Origin: Eledone cirrhosa
Taxonomy: Eukaryota
Assembly (NCBI GenBank): GCA_964016885.1
Contig: OZ024741.1
Coordinates: 147,870,001-147,934,000 of the forward strand
Length of the DNA: 64,000 nucleotides
Direction: 5' to 3'
The position numbers and the translations under genes were made by a program. The first letter of the stretch is position 1. The number at the start of each line of letters is the position of its first letter. This document shows positions 1-13,000 of the stretch, in pieces. The notes under the pieces are model-generated. The model was not told the origin of the DNA. It did not search any database and was given only the letters and a program-made list of their open reading frames with translations.

Positions 1-88
1 TCATATATTCATTTGTATTACACGGCTCGGAAATATTCCCTTCTTTGAGCTATTTAATTGTAAAAGACTATTTCGAGTTTATAACTCA

Positions 89-237
<149 letters not shown>

Positions 238-521
238 AGTATGTATACGTACATATATGTATACAGACGTACAGTAGTATGTATATATATATACATACAT
301 GCACACATATATATATGTACGTATGGATTCACCGAACATTTATTATAATGTTCGGGATGTTTGCGATACCCGAACAAATTCTAAATTTGTTTCGCAACAA
401 TTATTAAGTGAATGTCACTATTCCTGTGCTTAGTCCCATAAAACCGGCTGCTATTTTAGCGGCACGAGTATGGGACGGGTTAGACGCTGTGACACATGTG
501 CATCCCTCTCATATATTCATT

Positions 522-526
<5 letters not shown>

Positions 527-602
<76 letters not shown>
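527..602. repeat. (TA)n microsatellite at the outer edge of the left palindrome arm
   Basis: Pure TA tract. Confidence 0.97.
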
Positions 603-604
<2 letters not shown>

Positions 605-3134
605 GTAGACCTCTCAAGAGATAGAAGGTACAAATTCGAGAGGACACAGGTATACCGCTGCTCATACTGAAAAAGATCGTTCTGGACAGGAAGAAGAGGA
701 AGGTTTTATGGATCTCATCGGGATTATGCAATTGAGTTGAGATGAGATGAGTTTAGTCAAACACGGAGAACACTTCCATTTATATATATAGATAATTCTT
801 CATATAAATTGTTTATCAAAAAAACATCAGGATTATCAATATGAAATTAGAAGGCATGATAAACAAAAATTCAGAATTTAAGTTTTAGCCTCAAATGGGG
901 TTGTATACAATAATCAAAGTATTAAAAATAATTTAATTTACCTTTCTTTTATTTTTGTTATCAACATAATCATAATTTACATCGTGAAAAATATACCTGT
1001 AAAATTTTATTTTAAAAAATGCGTTAACAAAATTATGAGTAAACCAAGTCTCAGTTGAGGGACAAAACAATAGTTATACCGGTCGCTTAACACACGATCC
1101 ATGGCTTAGACTTTAAGGCTGCTCCCCAGAGGGATGTACCGCATTTACAGAAACATCTCCCACCGTGTCGGATGGCGTAGGTCAATTAATGAACCAAACT
1201 ATAGCAACATTATGGGATGTAAGGCATTTAATGCGCATTCTAAAGCATTCATAAAAACTAGCTGGTCCCTTGGAAATTCCACGGTTGTTGAAAACTAGAG
1301 CGCAATAATTACTGATATATATTTTTTTATTTCATCACAATCATAATTTATACCATTAATTTAATAGTAATTTTTATACAGTGATTTCAGTGGTAGTTTT
1401 TTCCTCTTTCTTTCCCTTGTTTATTGGTATTAACTACACTATCAAAAACATCAGTTAATTTCCTAGCTGGGAGAAGGCAACAAGAGTGTTTATTTCAGTT
1501 CTTCAGGTGATTCATACTGTATCATTTGCTACCTGTTGAATCGATTACTGTTCTTCCAGCAATCTAGAAAGTGGATGGCTGCGGTAGTGAAATGTACTGC
1601 AACTGCATTTTTCTGCCCAAAATCATGGCGTCGTGCTTATGGCTCCTTCTGTACGAAGCATATCTTTCGTAATCGCCAAATATACTTTAGTTAGATCAGC
1701 ATAGTTAAGAATTATGAACATTTGTATTTATTTTCATTAATTCGATATATTATTGATCACATAGGCGTACAGTCTACGAAATATACTCAGAACTTCAATA
1801 CGAAACTTATAATTAAAAATTCCATAAATAAATGGGTTTACAGCACAATTAAGGTAAAAAGAATACATTAAGAACCTATGAAGTACAATATCTTCAATTG
1901 TGTTGGTGTCATAGAAATTAGTTTCGAACATCCTCCAATATATTGCGGTAAATAGATGTGGTAAATAATTTATAATCCAGATCAAAGTGATGGAGAAGAA
2001 AAGTATATTGGTTCTAGATGGGGTACTTGATTTTCTTTTGATAAATTCAGGTTGTTTATTACTTAAAGTATCTCCAGTAGCAACAGTAGCTTCAGATTGG
2101 GGTGTGCTGTGATGCTGCATCGTAATTATCGATATTTCTAATTCTAAGTTTCTACTTTCCTTTCTTTGGGAAATTTTCAAAATACGTATTCCAATTAATA
2201 AATAAATTATCACGAGAAAAATAAAGAGAGAAGTAGCAATAAGCAACAATATACAATAATAGAGTAAAGGATAGACTGTACCACCTAAATTCTCAGAAAA
2301 TGAACACACTTTTCCAATATTTCCAGATTGTTTTACCATTAAATTTTGTCTGCTGTATATAAGAACTGCTGGCAGACCCATCATGGCGGCGATGATTGTT
2401 AAATATGCTAGGATTATCTTTGACTTCTTACGGGAAATTTGTTTTTTAAGAGGTTGACATACAAGTAAGTATCTATCAACTGCTATAATGAATACAATCA
2501 AGGCTGAATTCATTATTGCTACTGCAACAATAAAACGTATCAAGCGGCAAGCAACATCATTGTAAAAGGTGTATGAAGAATATAGAACCACAAGTTCCAT
2601 TTGTATGGATATTGTAGATATAAGAAAATTGCACACAGAAAGCGCTACAACGAACATAGATGTGGCCGTATTCTCTAATTTATAATAGTACTAACAGAGG
2701 TACCCGGAGTTGCTCGGGTATTAAATAGCAGTTGTGTATACCATTTATGTCAATACTTCAGTGCTACTTCGAAAACTATACTTTTACAAAAACATCGGCT
2801 TTTTCCAAAAGAGGGTTCCTGCCCCCAGGGGTCCCCTACTCAATATGTGCCAATTCTGAGAGTTCACATTCATCTGTAGGACAAACGTAGCCCATGTGTC
2901 AAGTTTTGTGAAAATCGGTTGCGAACTCCAGAAGTTATGACGTTTTGTTGCATTGCACTGCAGTTCTTCAGTCGACTCCAAGGAAGTGGTTAAAGGGGGT
3001 TATCTGCCGAGAGGCCCTATAATCAATATCTGGAAAAATAAAAGTGCCCATAACCATCCGGTATACATAAGTAACCTATGTCTTAAGTTTGGTGAAAATA
3101 CTGTAGCAATGCATAAGATTTATACACGCGCGCG

Positions 3135-3266
<132 letters not shown>

Positions 3267-3369
3267 TAGGTGTGTATGTATTTGTGTGTGCGTATGTATG
3301 TGTATGTCCGACGGGGCATACGTATGTACTGACCTAAATCTTCACTATTTACTTTTACTATTTTAATAA

Positions 3370-3790
3370 CCTCTGTCATTTTCGTTTTCAATTTTATTTG
3401 CATCATTCTTAAACTCCGGGGCTGGAAATCATTCTGTTATGTTAAATAGAATATTAGTCTAACGACTCCATTTATAGCATAAACTTGGTCTTGTCTTTGC
3501 ATGAAATTGTTCTTCGCGGTCCACATAACGACGTATTATCCTCGCTTTTTTTCCGTTCATTGCCAGGGAACGTCTTCACGAACCAAAATATCGTCTTCCT
3601 GTTTTCGTTCGGTTGGAATGTTTCTCGAAATATTTACTTCTGCGTTCACAGATTACTCTCAGTTCAATTTGAATGGGAAATTCCTGTTTCATCGATTTTC
3701 TCCGTAAACATGGAACGCCTCCTCGGGTCATTCTGCATAACTGTGTAAATTTTCGCTGCATTCCACCAAGCCGTTTCGACGTTTATCCGA
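3370..3790 (+). repeat. Unclassified dispersed repeat carried inside the Helitron
   Basis: Similar sequence recurs at ~26060-26615 (both orientations) and ~39730-39850 (minus). Confidence 0.7.
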
Positions 3791-4569
3791 CTACACTTAC
3801 TTAGTTACTTAAATATACACTTAAATATACAACGTCCGACCACTTCCAATTTATATAGTAGATATATAAGATACAAAGACATTTCCGACTGATCCAAACG
3901 TCATAGCAATTGCCAGATACATTATTACTGGAAAATAAGCATTCACCATTTCACTATTTAACTCCTCTAAAGTACGATCACAGTCGCTAATATTATTTTT
4001 TTCATCCATGTTCTTTCTTTCCTCCAATTTTTAGAAAATAGTTTGTGCAACTTTGAAGGCAACTTTTGGTTCACAAAGATGTCATTTGTAGTTTCTGGAA
4101 AAATAGAGAACGTTGGTGTATCAATATTTTGGTTAAAGAATTATAGATAGATCTTCCTTAGATTTTGATTAAAGAATTGTATCAATATTTTGATTAAAGA
4201 ATTGTAGATAGATCTTTGTTACAATGTTCAAGAGTAATGAAACGGTGGCAATTTGTATATACTTCTGTAGCAGTAAAACAGCCATAATTTGTCTGTATTG
4301 CTGCAACACAGTGACGTGTGAACCACTTGAGTGAACTTGGACTTCTCAGTTTTGATTGCCTGAACAATATAGACACTTCTGAGAAGACTCTACCAAATTG
4401 ACCGCCAAATGTAGTTATACTGTGTTTCAACAAGATTCTAATCTCTTTCCATATACTATTGGACTTCTGTATATATTTCTATCTTATGGCCATCGTTTAC
4501 CAGTAAAGTTTTAAATATGGATAAAACGTTATTCCCGCCAAGCACTAAAGTAATGATTTCTCATTTATA

Positions 4570-4735
4570 CACAAGGCCAGCAATTTGTTGGGTGAGGACG
4601 GTCGATTATATCGATCCTATAAGGATAAAAGGCAAATTTGCCCTTAGTGGGATTTGAACTCAGAACGTAAAGGGCCGTTACTATATCCTTCGAAACAGTT
4701 TGTGCGATACTTTAACGATTCTGCCAATATTGCCA
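4570..4735 (-). mobile_element. tRNA-derived SINE, diverged; shared by all three units
   Basis: B box GTTCAAATCC and the ctggccttgtg tail on the minus strand; positional copies at ~20445-20605 and ~28845-29010. Confidence 0.8.
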
Positions 4736-5001
4736 TGCACAAACGTAAAAAAAATCGATTGATTTATATTTCCTAATCACAATATCCATAAGTGTGTGAT
4801 GACCTTTTTTCACATTTATGGTAGAGGATTTAAGGTTTCAGAGTTCTTTCTGTTCTACAAAACATTGGCGGTATAAGTGAAAAACTACAATCGGGAATCA
4901 TAACTAGATCGCAGACTGTATTAACTGGAATCTCACCATTTTTAAAATGATACTTGTCATTACTGAGATTACGTTTTGGAAACTGGACCAAATCATATAA
5001 T

Positions 5002-5106
5002 TGTTTCTACTTTAGGCACAAGGCCAGCAATTAACCAGTGCATTACTGGTACTTTATTTTATCCCGTAAGGATGAAAGGCAAAGTCAACCTCGGCGGGAT
5101 TTGAAC
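5002..5106 (-). mobile_element. 5'-truncated SINE, unit 1 specific
   Basis: SINE body flanked by direct repeat TCATATAAT (4993-5001 and 5107-5115); empty site in units 2 and 3. Confidence 0.88.
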
Positions 5107-5146
5107 TCATATAATACCGTTTATGCGGTCTTTATATTTTAAATTA

Positions 5147-5313
5147 CCATATTTCCCGGCTTCGAAGGCGCTACTTTTTTTCCTAAAATAAGTCTCAAAA
5201 GTCTACCATGCGTCCTGGAGGCTGAAGGTTGTTTATTATTTTTTCAAATTTTTGCTTGACAAAATTAGGGTGCGTCCTCGAGGACGAAGCGTCTTCAGCG
5301 CCGGGAAATACAG
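5147..5313. mobile_element. Tc1/mariner-pogo type MITE
   Basis: TA|CCATATTTCCCGGC ... GCCGGGAAATACAG|TA terminal inverted repeats with TA flanks. Confidence 0.8.
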
Positions 5314-5867
5314 TAAAATGTGTTCGTCTGGCTATAATCGACTAGAAACAGCAATGAAAAAAAACATAGTTGGTAATTATTCATGATAGAAATGTGAGCA
5401 AAGTTCATATGTTTGAAACCTAAGGTAACAGGAAAAAAAGCCTACTTAGCCTTACCCGGACGAAAGCTAGGAAATTTCGCAATTTATCATTCATCTTAAC
5501 GTTATCTCCATAATTATGCAGTTGGTGCCAGTACATCTCCCAACAAGATATGATTTCTGCTCTGTTAACATGGCTTTCACACACTGAAGCATTAACACTG
5601 CAGTAACTCAACCACTCTTACAACACGCGGGTTTCATTTACAAAGAAAAGAAAAAGGAAAGAAAACACAGAAAAATTAATTCAAAAACAAACAAAAAAAG
5701 ATCTATCGCCTTGCTTCTCTAAATTTTTATCGGTGAAGATTCTCATCAAGCATCTGCTAACGAAATGTGTTAGTTTTTGAAGCCCCAAGTTCGAGCAGCG
5801 ATTCGGCAATCTTGGAAAGGTTACATCTACATAAGTGTATATAATTCAGACTAAGTGTCACCCGGCC

Positions 5868-6900
5868 TCTCAACATCAACAGACAATTGACCTGTTTACA
5901 AAGTCCTTCCCTTCCATTGCCCCCCCCCCCCCCCTGTCGGTTGGTGCTCCTTAGGAGCCCCAATTACAGACGTTGCCTTCAAGTCAATCTTCCAATTGAA
6001 GATGGTTGGCCTTGAGCAATGGTTGAAGAATATTGAGGCAATTGAACCCCATCAAGTTTCTTTCATACTCAGAAACTACCTTTCAATTCCTAAGCTTCTA
6101 TATATGCTCAGGGTCAGCCCTTTTCACAGATTTCCGTCATGCCTCCAACGCTTCGACGACCTAATCTTCGAGAGACTCGAGTGCTTGGTCAATGTCAGAC
6201 TCTCTCCAGAGTCCCTTGATCAGGCTGCATTGCCCAAGTGATTTGGGAGTCTTGGTCTTCGTAAGTGATCGTCCCTGTCTCCCCCTTGCTTCCTTTCCTC
6301 CACCCACGTTTGCTCCACGCTGGTGAGCAACATCCTCTCCACTTAAACATGGACTAGCTCCAACAGGGAGTTGGAGCTAGTCACACAGAACTAAACTTCA
6401 TTTTCAAGAGAGCTTTGGCCCCGCCAAACACCCCCTCAATTTTTGAACCATTGTTTTGTCTAGAAATGATGAGAAAAGACCTGTCGGTCTTACCCTGTGC
6501 CCCTAGTCGAGAGGCAGATGCCTTGTCTGGGACGTCACAGTTAGTGACTCTTTTGCTTCTTCCCAAATCCTGGATGTTGCGGTTAGAGCGAGAGCCACAG
6601 CCCCCGCAGCCGAACGGAACAAAATACTAAAATACCGTGATCTCTCGGCCAACTACATTTTCGACCAACGACATGTTCGAGACGTTTGGGGAAGTCGGGC
6701 TACTGACTGAAAGATTCTTATCTTCATTGGTGGCTCGCCTAACAAAGGTAACTGGTGAAGCTCGTAGGGGCGCTTGGTTGTTCCAGCGCATCAGCCTCGC
6801 CATCACCCGAAGTAACGTTGAGTCCGTGCTGGCTTGCCTAAAAAATCATTAGAGATGTTTCCCAGTGCTCCTCGCGATACTGTTATCTTTTACTCTGGTA
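5868..6900 (+). mobile_element. CRE-like non-LTR retrotransposon, internally deleted 3' fragment (unit 1)
   Basis: Matches 16920-18245 in reverse; late RT region plus restriction-like endonuclease C-terminus (WDVTV, FQRISLAITRSN). Confidence 0.82.
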
Positions 6901-7200
6901 GCTGCTCGGTTGTCCACCCCTTTCGCCTGCCTATTATTGTAAGTGGTACGCGGTGTGTGTGCTAACCGCTTCTGTGATTTTGCTTGTTTGTTTTTCTTTT
7001 TTTTTTTCTCTTTCTTTTCCTCTTTCCTTTTTTTTCTTTTCCTTTTCCCCTTCCTTTATATATTATTTGTTTGTGCTTTCGTTCTGTAAGCATTATATTG
7101 TCTACTTTATGTAAACCCTTGTGGTTAATAAAGAAATCATTATTATATTTATTTTTATTTGTAATGTTATTTATGTATATATTTAAAACATATTTATAAT

Positions 7201-7363
7201 TGTTTCTACTTTTGGCACAAGGCCAGCAATTACCCAGTACATTACTGGTACTTTATTTTATCGACCCCGTAAGGATGAAAGGCAAAGTTAACCTCGGCGG
7301 GATTTGAACTCAGACTGTAAAGGGACGTAACTATGCTAGAAAGCATGGCGTCCAACCCTCTAC
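7201..7363 (-). mobile_element. tRNA-derived SINE with 15-bp target duplication
   Basis: AAACATATTTATAAT at 7186-7200 and 7364-7378; body matches 39879-40091. Confidence 0.9.
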
Positions 7364-7424
7364 AAACATATTTATAATGTTATTCAACAGTAAATAAAAA
7401 GCAGGAATTTATTCGTTCTACTGT

Positions 7425-8118
7425 CTTATCATCATCTGGCGGCCTCGGCCGAAATAGACGCCACAATTGATCTCTACGTGAGTCTGTCGTTCACTGCTGT
7501 TGCTAAGTCCTGGATTTCAATATTAGAATCTCTGGATATGACATCGGGATAAGAGAGCTTGCGCCCCCTGTTATTAGTGACAGCTTGTGGTATCCAAAGT
7601 ACTAATAGGGACACAGCCTCAGAGGTGGGACGATGGCAGTGGCTAGCGAATCTTACTCTCCTTTTACGTACATCGACAGATATACAACGATATTTCTTTC
7701 AAAGTCAGATGTCGCCAGCTTACGTTCTGAATACGTCGAAGTAGGCCAGTGTAGGTGTGATCAAGGCGCTTTTGTGTGGATGAAAGCGTCCATGTTTCAC
7801 TTCCATATAGTAAAATTGGTTGAATTGTTACTTGGGAGAGTCTGATTTTGGTGTGGTTGGAAAGATTTGAGCACCAAACTCGATCATTCTTGTTTCAAGC
7901 TGACCATGCTTGGGCGTTTCTGGTGGCAAAATCCAGGACCTAAGATACTTAAATACTTGACTTGCCATTTTCTAGGCAATCTGCAAGAATCGCAATGTCA
8001 TCCGCAAAGTCAAGGTCAGTGAGATGTTCAGAGGGGTGCGCCGAGCTCATGCGGGGTTTGATGGTTATACCTTGTTATTGAATGTGTCAATTGAGAGTCT
8101 CAGAGCGTAGTCTAGTGA
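7425..8118 (-). mobile_element. RTE-clade LINE 3' fragment (unit 1)
   Basis: Minus strand encodes DLDFADDIA and LLYGSETWT; paralogous to 15640-16420 and 33240-33990. Confidence 0.88.
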
Positions 8119-8184
8119 GAATAACGATGTAACACATTCACTTTCTTCAGATCCATTGGGGTCTACAGACGTCTACACACCTTT

Positions 8185-8186
<2 letters not shown>

Positions 8187-8263
<77 letters not shown>
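8187..8263. repeat. (CT)n microsatellite
   Basis: Directly visible. Confidence 0.97.
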
Positions 8264-8265
<2 letters not shown>

Positions 8266-8456
8266 GGTCTTACAGGCTCTCACCTTCTCGGCCACAGACT
8301 ACACCAGCAGAGATAGTGATAACACAGACTACAGAAAAATGTTCTACTAACACCATGAATATCTCTTCCCGAATACAGTTTTCTAGTTACTATGCTCTCA
8401 CATTTCATACCAGCTCGACAGATTGACCACTACTACAGGAACAACATATGCTAAGG

Positions 8457-8459
<3 letters not shown>

Positions 8460-8502
<43 letters not shown>
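8460..8502. repeat. (CA)n microsatellite
   Basis: Directly visible. Confidence 0.97.
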
Positions 8503-8507
<5 letters not shown>

Positions 8508-8670
8508 GGTTTCCTTAAATTGTTCCCTACACTTTATCTATTCTTTCGCCTTCCTGTCATTTCTCTACTCCTGAAAAGTATAACACAACTTTTACTATAT
8601 CGTTTTATTTGATGCATGCACACACGCTAGCTCGAAGTAGCTAGTAAGAAATTAATGTCGTAATAATTGC

Positions 8671-8820
8671 TGTCACGTTTTTATTACTCGATATTCGATG
8701 TACCAACAAGTGAATTTTATTATTATAAAATAAACATTGTCAACATCACAATTCTTGCATCATTCTTTTTATCATTCATCCTGCAAAGAATACATCTATT
8801 CGCTACATAATGGTGACTCC
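8671..8820 (+). mobile_element. Probable short LTR remnant with primer-binding site
   Basis: TGTCAC...AATAAA...GCTACA followed after 3 nt by TGGTGACTCC; related sequence at ~11544-11755. Confidence 0.5.
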
Positions 8821-8831
8821 CATCACTACAC

Positions 8832-8907
8832 ACGTAGTAAAAACTCCATACATGAATGGGTTTACAGCACAGTTAAAGTAAAGAGAATACATCATTAACC
8901 TATAAAG
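8832..8907 (-). pseudogene. GPCR TM7 relic
   Basis: Manual translation LYRLMMYSLYFNCAVNPFMYGVFTT, closest to TM7 of 37126-38196 (FYRITMYSLYFNCAVNPFIYGAF). Confidence 0.85.
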
Positions 8908-9440
<533 letters not shown>

Positions 9441-9976
9441 TTACTTTATTTAGGAATCACAGGAATCACAGGAATCACAGGATTTATCACAGGAATCACA
9501 TTAATGTGATGTTACTATGCTTTTTGGCATCTCATGAAAGGATAATAAAAATCAATCCTTTAAGTTACATAATTCATTTTACCATTATGTTTCTTCTCTC
9601 TCCACAGTATATGCATATTGCTTTTTGTTTTTGTTCTTATATTTTATTCCTAACAAATATTTCTACAGCTATATTTCCATCAACTGTCATTTTGTTGATA
9701 CCTGAAGATACTGCAGACTTTTTTCCGAAATACATCCAAGTTTAATTAGCATTCAAAATCACTTTGCAGCACACATTCAGTTAAGCGACAAAGAGAAATG
9801 TTGCTATCATAATCAATTCAGGGAAATATTTCACAGTAATTCTACCATAGATTTATATAAACAGGGTTATATCTGTTCTATATAATATCTTTTGGTCTTT
9901 AAAAAATGAGAAATATTGATGATACATCTGATACATAACACTATTTTATGCCAATGTCATCTGATATTCTGAAATA

Positions 9977-10116
9977 ATTGTTTCTACTTTTGGCACAAGG
10001 GCAGCAATTACCCAGTGCATTACTGGTACTTTATTTTATCGACCCCGTAAGGATGAAAGGCAAAGTCAACCTCGGCGGGATTTGAAGTCGAGGTTGACTT
10101 TGCCTTTCATCCTTTC
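9977..10116 (-). mobile_element. SINE fragment ending in a fold-back of its own sequence
   Basis: GGATGAAAGGCAAAGTCAACCTCG followed after a 14-nt loop by its reverse complement. Confidence 0.85.
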
Positions 10117-10575
10117 GTGGTCTTCTTCTACTGCATTTTCCTTCCACTGAGACTTCTTGGCATTTCTTTACCCAGCAGTCATCCTCCATGCGCATCACAT
10201 GTCCATACCAATGCAGTCTTCTCTCCCGCACACTACAGTTTATCCCTCTTATACACAGTTTCACTCTCAACTCCTCTATGCTTGACATTGCACATCCATC
10301 AGAGCATGCTTGCTTCATTTCTCTCCAGCCATCGCATATCTTCCGCAGTTGCGGCCCATGTCTCACTACCATGCAGCATCACACATCTCACACAGGCATC
10401 ATAAAACCGACCTTTCGTTCGTAGAGAGAAACCCTTCGTTGTCAACAGAGGAAGCAGCTACCTAAACTTCTTCCATCCTGTCCTTATTCTAGATACTATG
10501 GCCTCGGAGCATCATCCTCCCTTTTTGATCACGTAGGTATCGGAAGCTATCAACCACCTCTATAGATCCTACCTG
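10117..10575 (-). mobile_element. RTE/BovB-like LINE 3' fragment
   Basis: ERRLHWYGHVMRMEDDCWVKKC; similar to the C-terminus of ORF 56534-57703. Confidence 0.85.
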
Positions 10576-11088
10576 TATTTGAAAAAATGTGCCTATCACT
10601 GACACTTCTACTATCAATTTCTTTTAAACTAAAAGGTATAATTTGAGGAAAATGTGGCTGTTATTTCCAGCAGATCAAGTGACCGTGTGGAAACTGGATT
10701 GCTGTTGTTTAGCCCCAGGTCATCCTTGACTGAACAAACCTATGATGAAATTCAAGTTGTCTTTATAGTTCCTGAGAAAGATCAACCCTAAAGAAACAAT
10801 ATATTGAAAAACGAACAAAAGACAATTCCCAAGTAAACTTTAAAGCAGAAAGAGAATAAATGAAAAGACAAAATGCACTTAATTTTGGAGACTGTTTATA
10901 TGATGTAATTAGATGTAGTATAATCTACAGTAATTCAGTTTCTTGTCTTGGATATCCCGAAACTCTGTTTAAATAATATAATTCGATTAGAAGAAGTTTA
11001 ATCTATTACAGAGATTCCATTACAGTTTTGGGACTGGGGTGCTCAAGTATATTCTGTACATGTGTATTATTATTATTAGCTCATGTTA

Positions 11089-11262
11089 GGGCAGTGGATT
11101 GGCAGTATCAGTAGAGGGTCGGACGCCATGCTTTCTAGCATAGAGTTACGTCCCTTTACGGACTGAGTTCAAATCTCTCCAAGGTTAACTTTGCCTTTCA
11201 TTCTTACGGGGTCGATAAAATAAAGTACCAGTAATGCAGGCCTTGTGCCAAAAGTAGAGACA
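11089..11262 (+). mobile_element. tRNA-derived SINE with target duplication
   Basis: A and B boxes; ATTATTAGCTCATG at 11072-11085 and 11263-11276. Confidence 0.9.
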
Positions 11263-11543
11263 ATTATTAGCTCATGCTTTTTTATCACCAATACGAGACT
11301 AAGAAAGAAATTAAAAACATGATCCTACTTACATGTTTAGAGTCAATGGCGTGTGAGAAAAAGTGAGACGACAGATAAGAGAGCCTGGCTGATTGAATCC
11401 TACTACTGCTAAGACAAGAAAGTATACTAATACGCACACACGCACACATAGTAAGTTCACACTGCTTGCATTTTACATTCACCATTACTGTCTGTCATAT
11501 TGTATCATTCAGACACAATACAAATTATATTATAATCGTATTC

Positions 11544-11755
11544 TGTGATACTTGTATTTACGTGGCTCGAAGAGCCACCAACTTATTGTACGAATATTTC
11601 ATGTTATAGATTTTATCATTCAATATTCAAATTGAATATTGTTATAATAAAATAAACATTGTAACAACACAATCCTGGTATTATTCTTTGCATTGAAACC
11701 ATCATACCAACAAACCCATCTATCCGTTACAACTGAATTCCACTTATTCGTTACA
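11544..11755 (+). mobile_element. Possible solo LTR
   Basis: TG...AATAAA...TTACA, similar to 8700-8807; no clear target duplication. Confidence 0.35.
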
Positions 11756-12609
11756 AGAATGAGTGTAGTAAAAGACAAAGCACAAGTATATTGAAATAAA
11801 TTATTGGAGGGGCTTAAGCCCCAAAAGCCCCTTAGTTTCTTGTCTTAAATGTCATGGAACTTTGTTAGCATGTGAAAAACATATGTCATGTAGATATATA
11901 TTTCTACTTACCACTAGAATTCTTGTTGCTGACTGTATCCCCTGGTCCTCTCCAAGTGGCACATATATATTGATGTAGACAAAATGCTTTTATTTTTACA
12001 TTAAGAAATGTAGATATGTTTAATGGATGCTATGTAGTCTAAACAATATAACGTATCCTTAAAAGACTGGTAGCAGATGTTCTGGTGAAATTGTCTTTCT
12101 TCATCAGCAGGTTGTAATGGAATGGTCAGCACAACTGTAAAACAATAAAAGATATGATAAGACAAAATAAACATCAAGCAGAGAAGTAATGTAACAAAAT
12201 CCAACACCAAAGAGTTTTTCTCATAGTTTATCAGGGTCATAAGCCACCGACATACTGATCTATAATCTTAGTGAACTCAACAGTGGATAAAAAATTTCTT
12301 TGTTTGAGAACAATAGATAAGGGTTTGCATTTGACCTAGTCATACAACACACCTTATATATAGGAAAATCTTAAGCTCTCAGAGAACACTCACTCACAGA
12401 TGGCAGACAGATATTACAGACACTCACAGATGTCACTATCTGGTCTGGCCAGATTGCCTTGACAAGGCCAGGAGTCTCAATCACAAGAAGGTTAGTGAGT
12501 ATTTCAATCTCCTGCATTTATTTCAAACACGTTTTAACAAAGACCCTATCATACATCCTTACACACTATCCATAACGCACCTTGCATTCCTTCAAACAAT
12601 TTTTGTGTG

Positions 12610-13000
12610 ATATTTGGAAAACGTCCAAAAGAAGGGAAAATAGACGCCTAGAAGTAGAATCAGCGAAATCTACTTCCTAACCCCAATCTGAATCTACTCC
12701 TTCTCCTGGAATTAATTTATATATTAGAGGACTTACGATTTGTGCAAAAAAAAAATAATAATAATGAATCCATCTAGAACCAATATACTTTTGTTCACCA
12801 TAGCATTCCTCTGGATTTTGAGTTATTAACCACATCTATTTGCCGCAAAAACAAAAGAGATTCAATTGGCTTCAAAACAGCTGAAGAAATTGTACTTTAT
12901 AGGTTACTTTAATTGTGCTGTAAATCCATTCTTTTATGAAGCTTTTAATACCAGGTTTCGTATTGAACAACAGGGTTTGTTTCACCTTATTTCATTAATA
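12610..13000 (+). pseudogene. GPCR relic (ICL3, TM6, TM7, C-tail)
   Basis: Manual translation IWKTSKRRENRRLE...PQSEST, SRTNILLFTIAFLWILSY*PHLFAA, YFNCAVNPFFYEAFNTRFRIE; the 3' flank matches the flank of 37126-38196. Confidence 0.85.

Noticed and set aside
9695-9742. CTGAAGA...GAAA...ATC hammerhead-like spacing
   Set aside because: Helices I and II do not pair.
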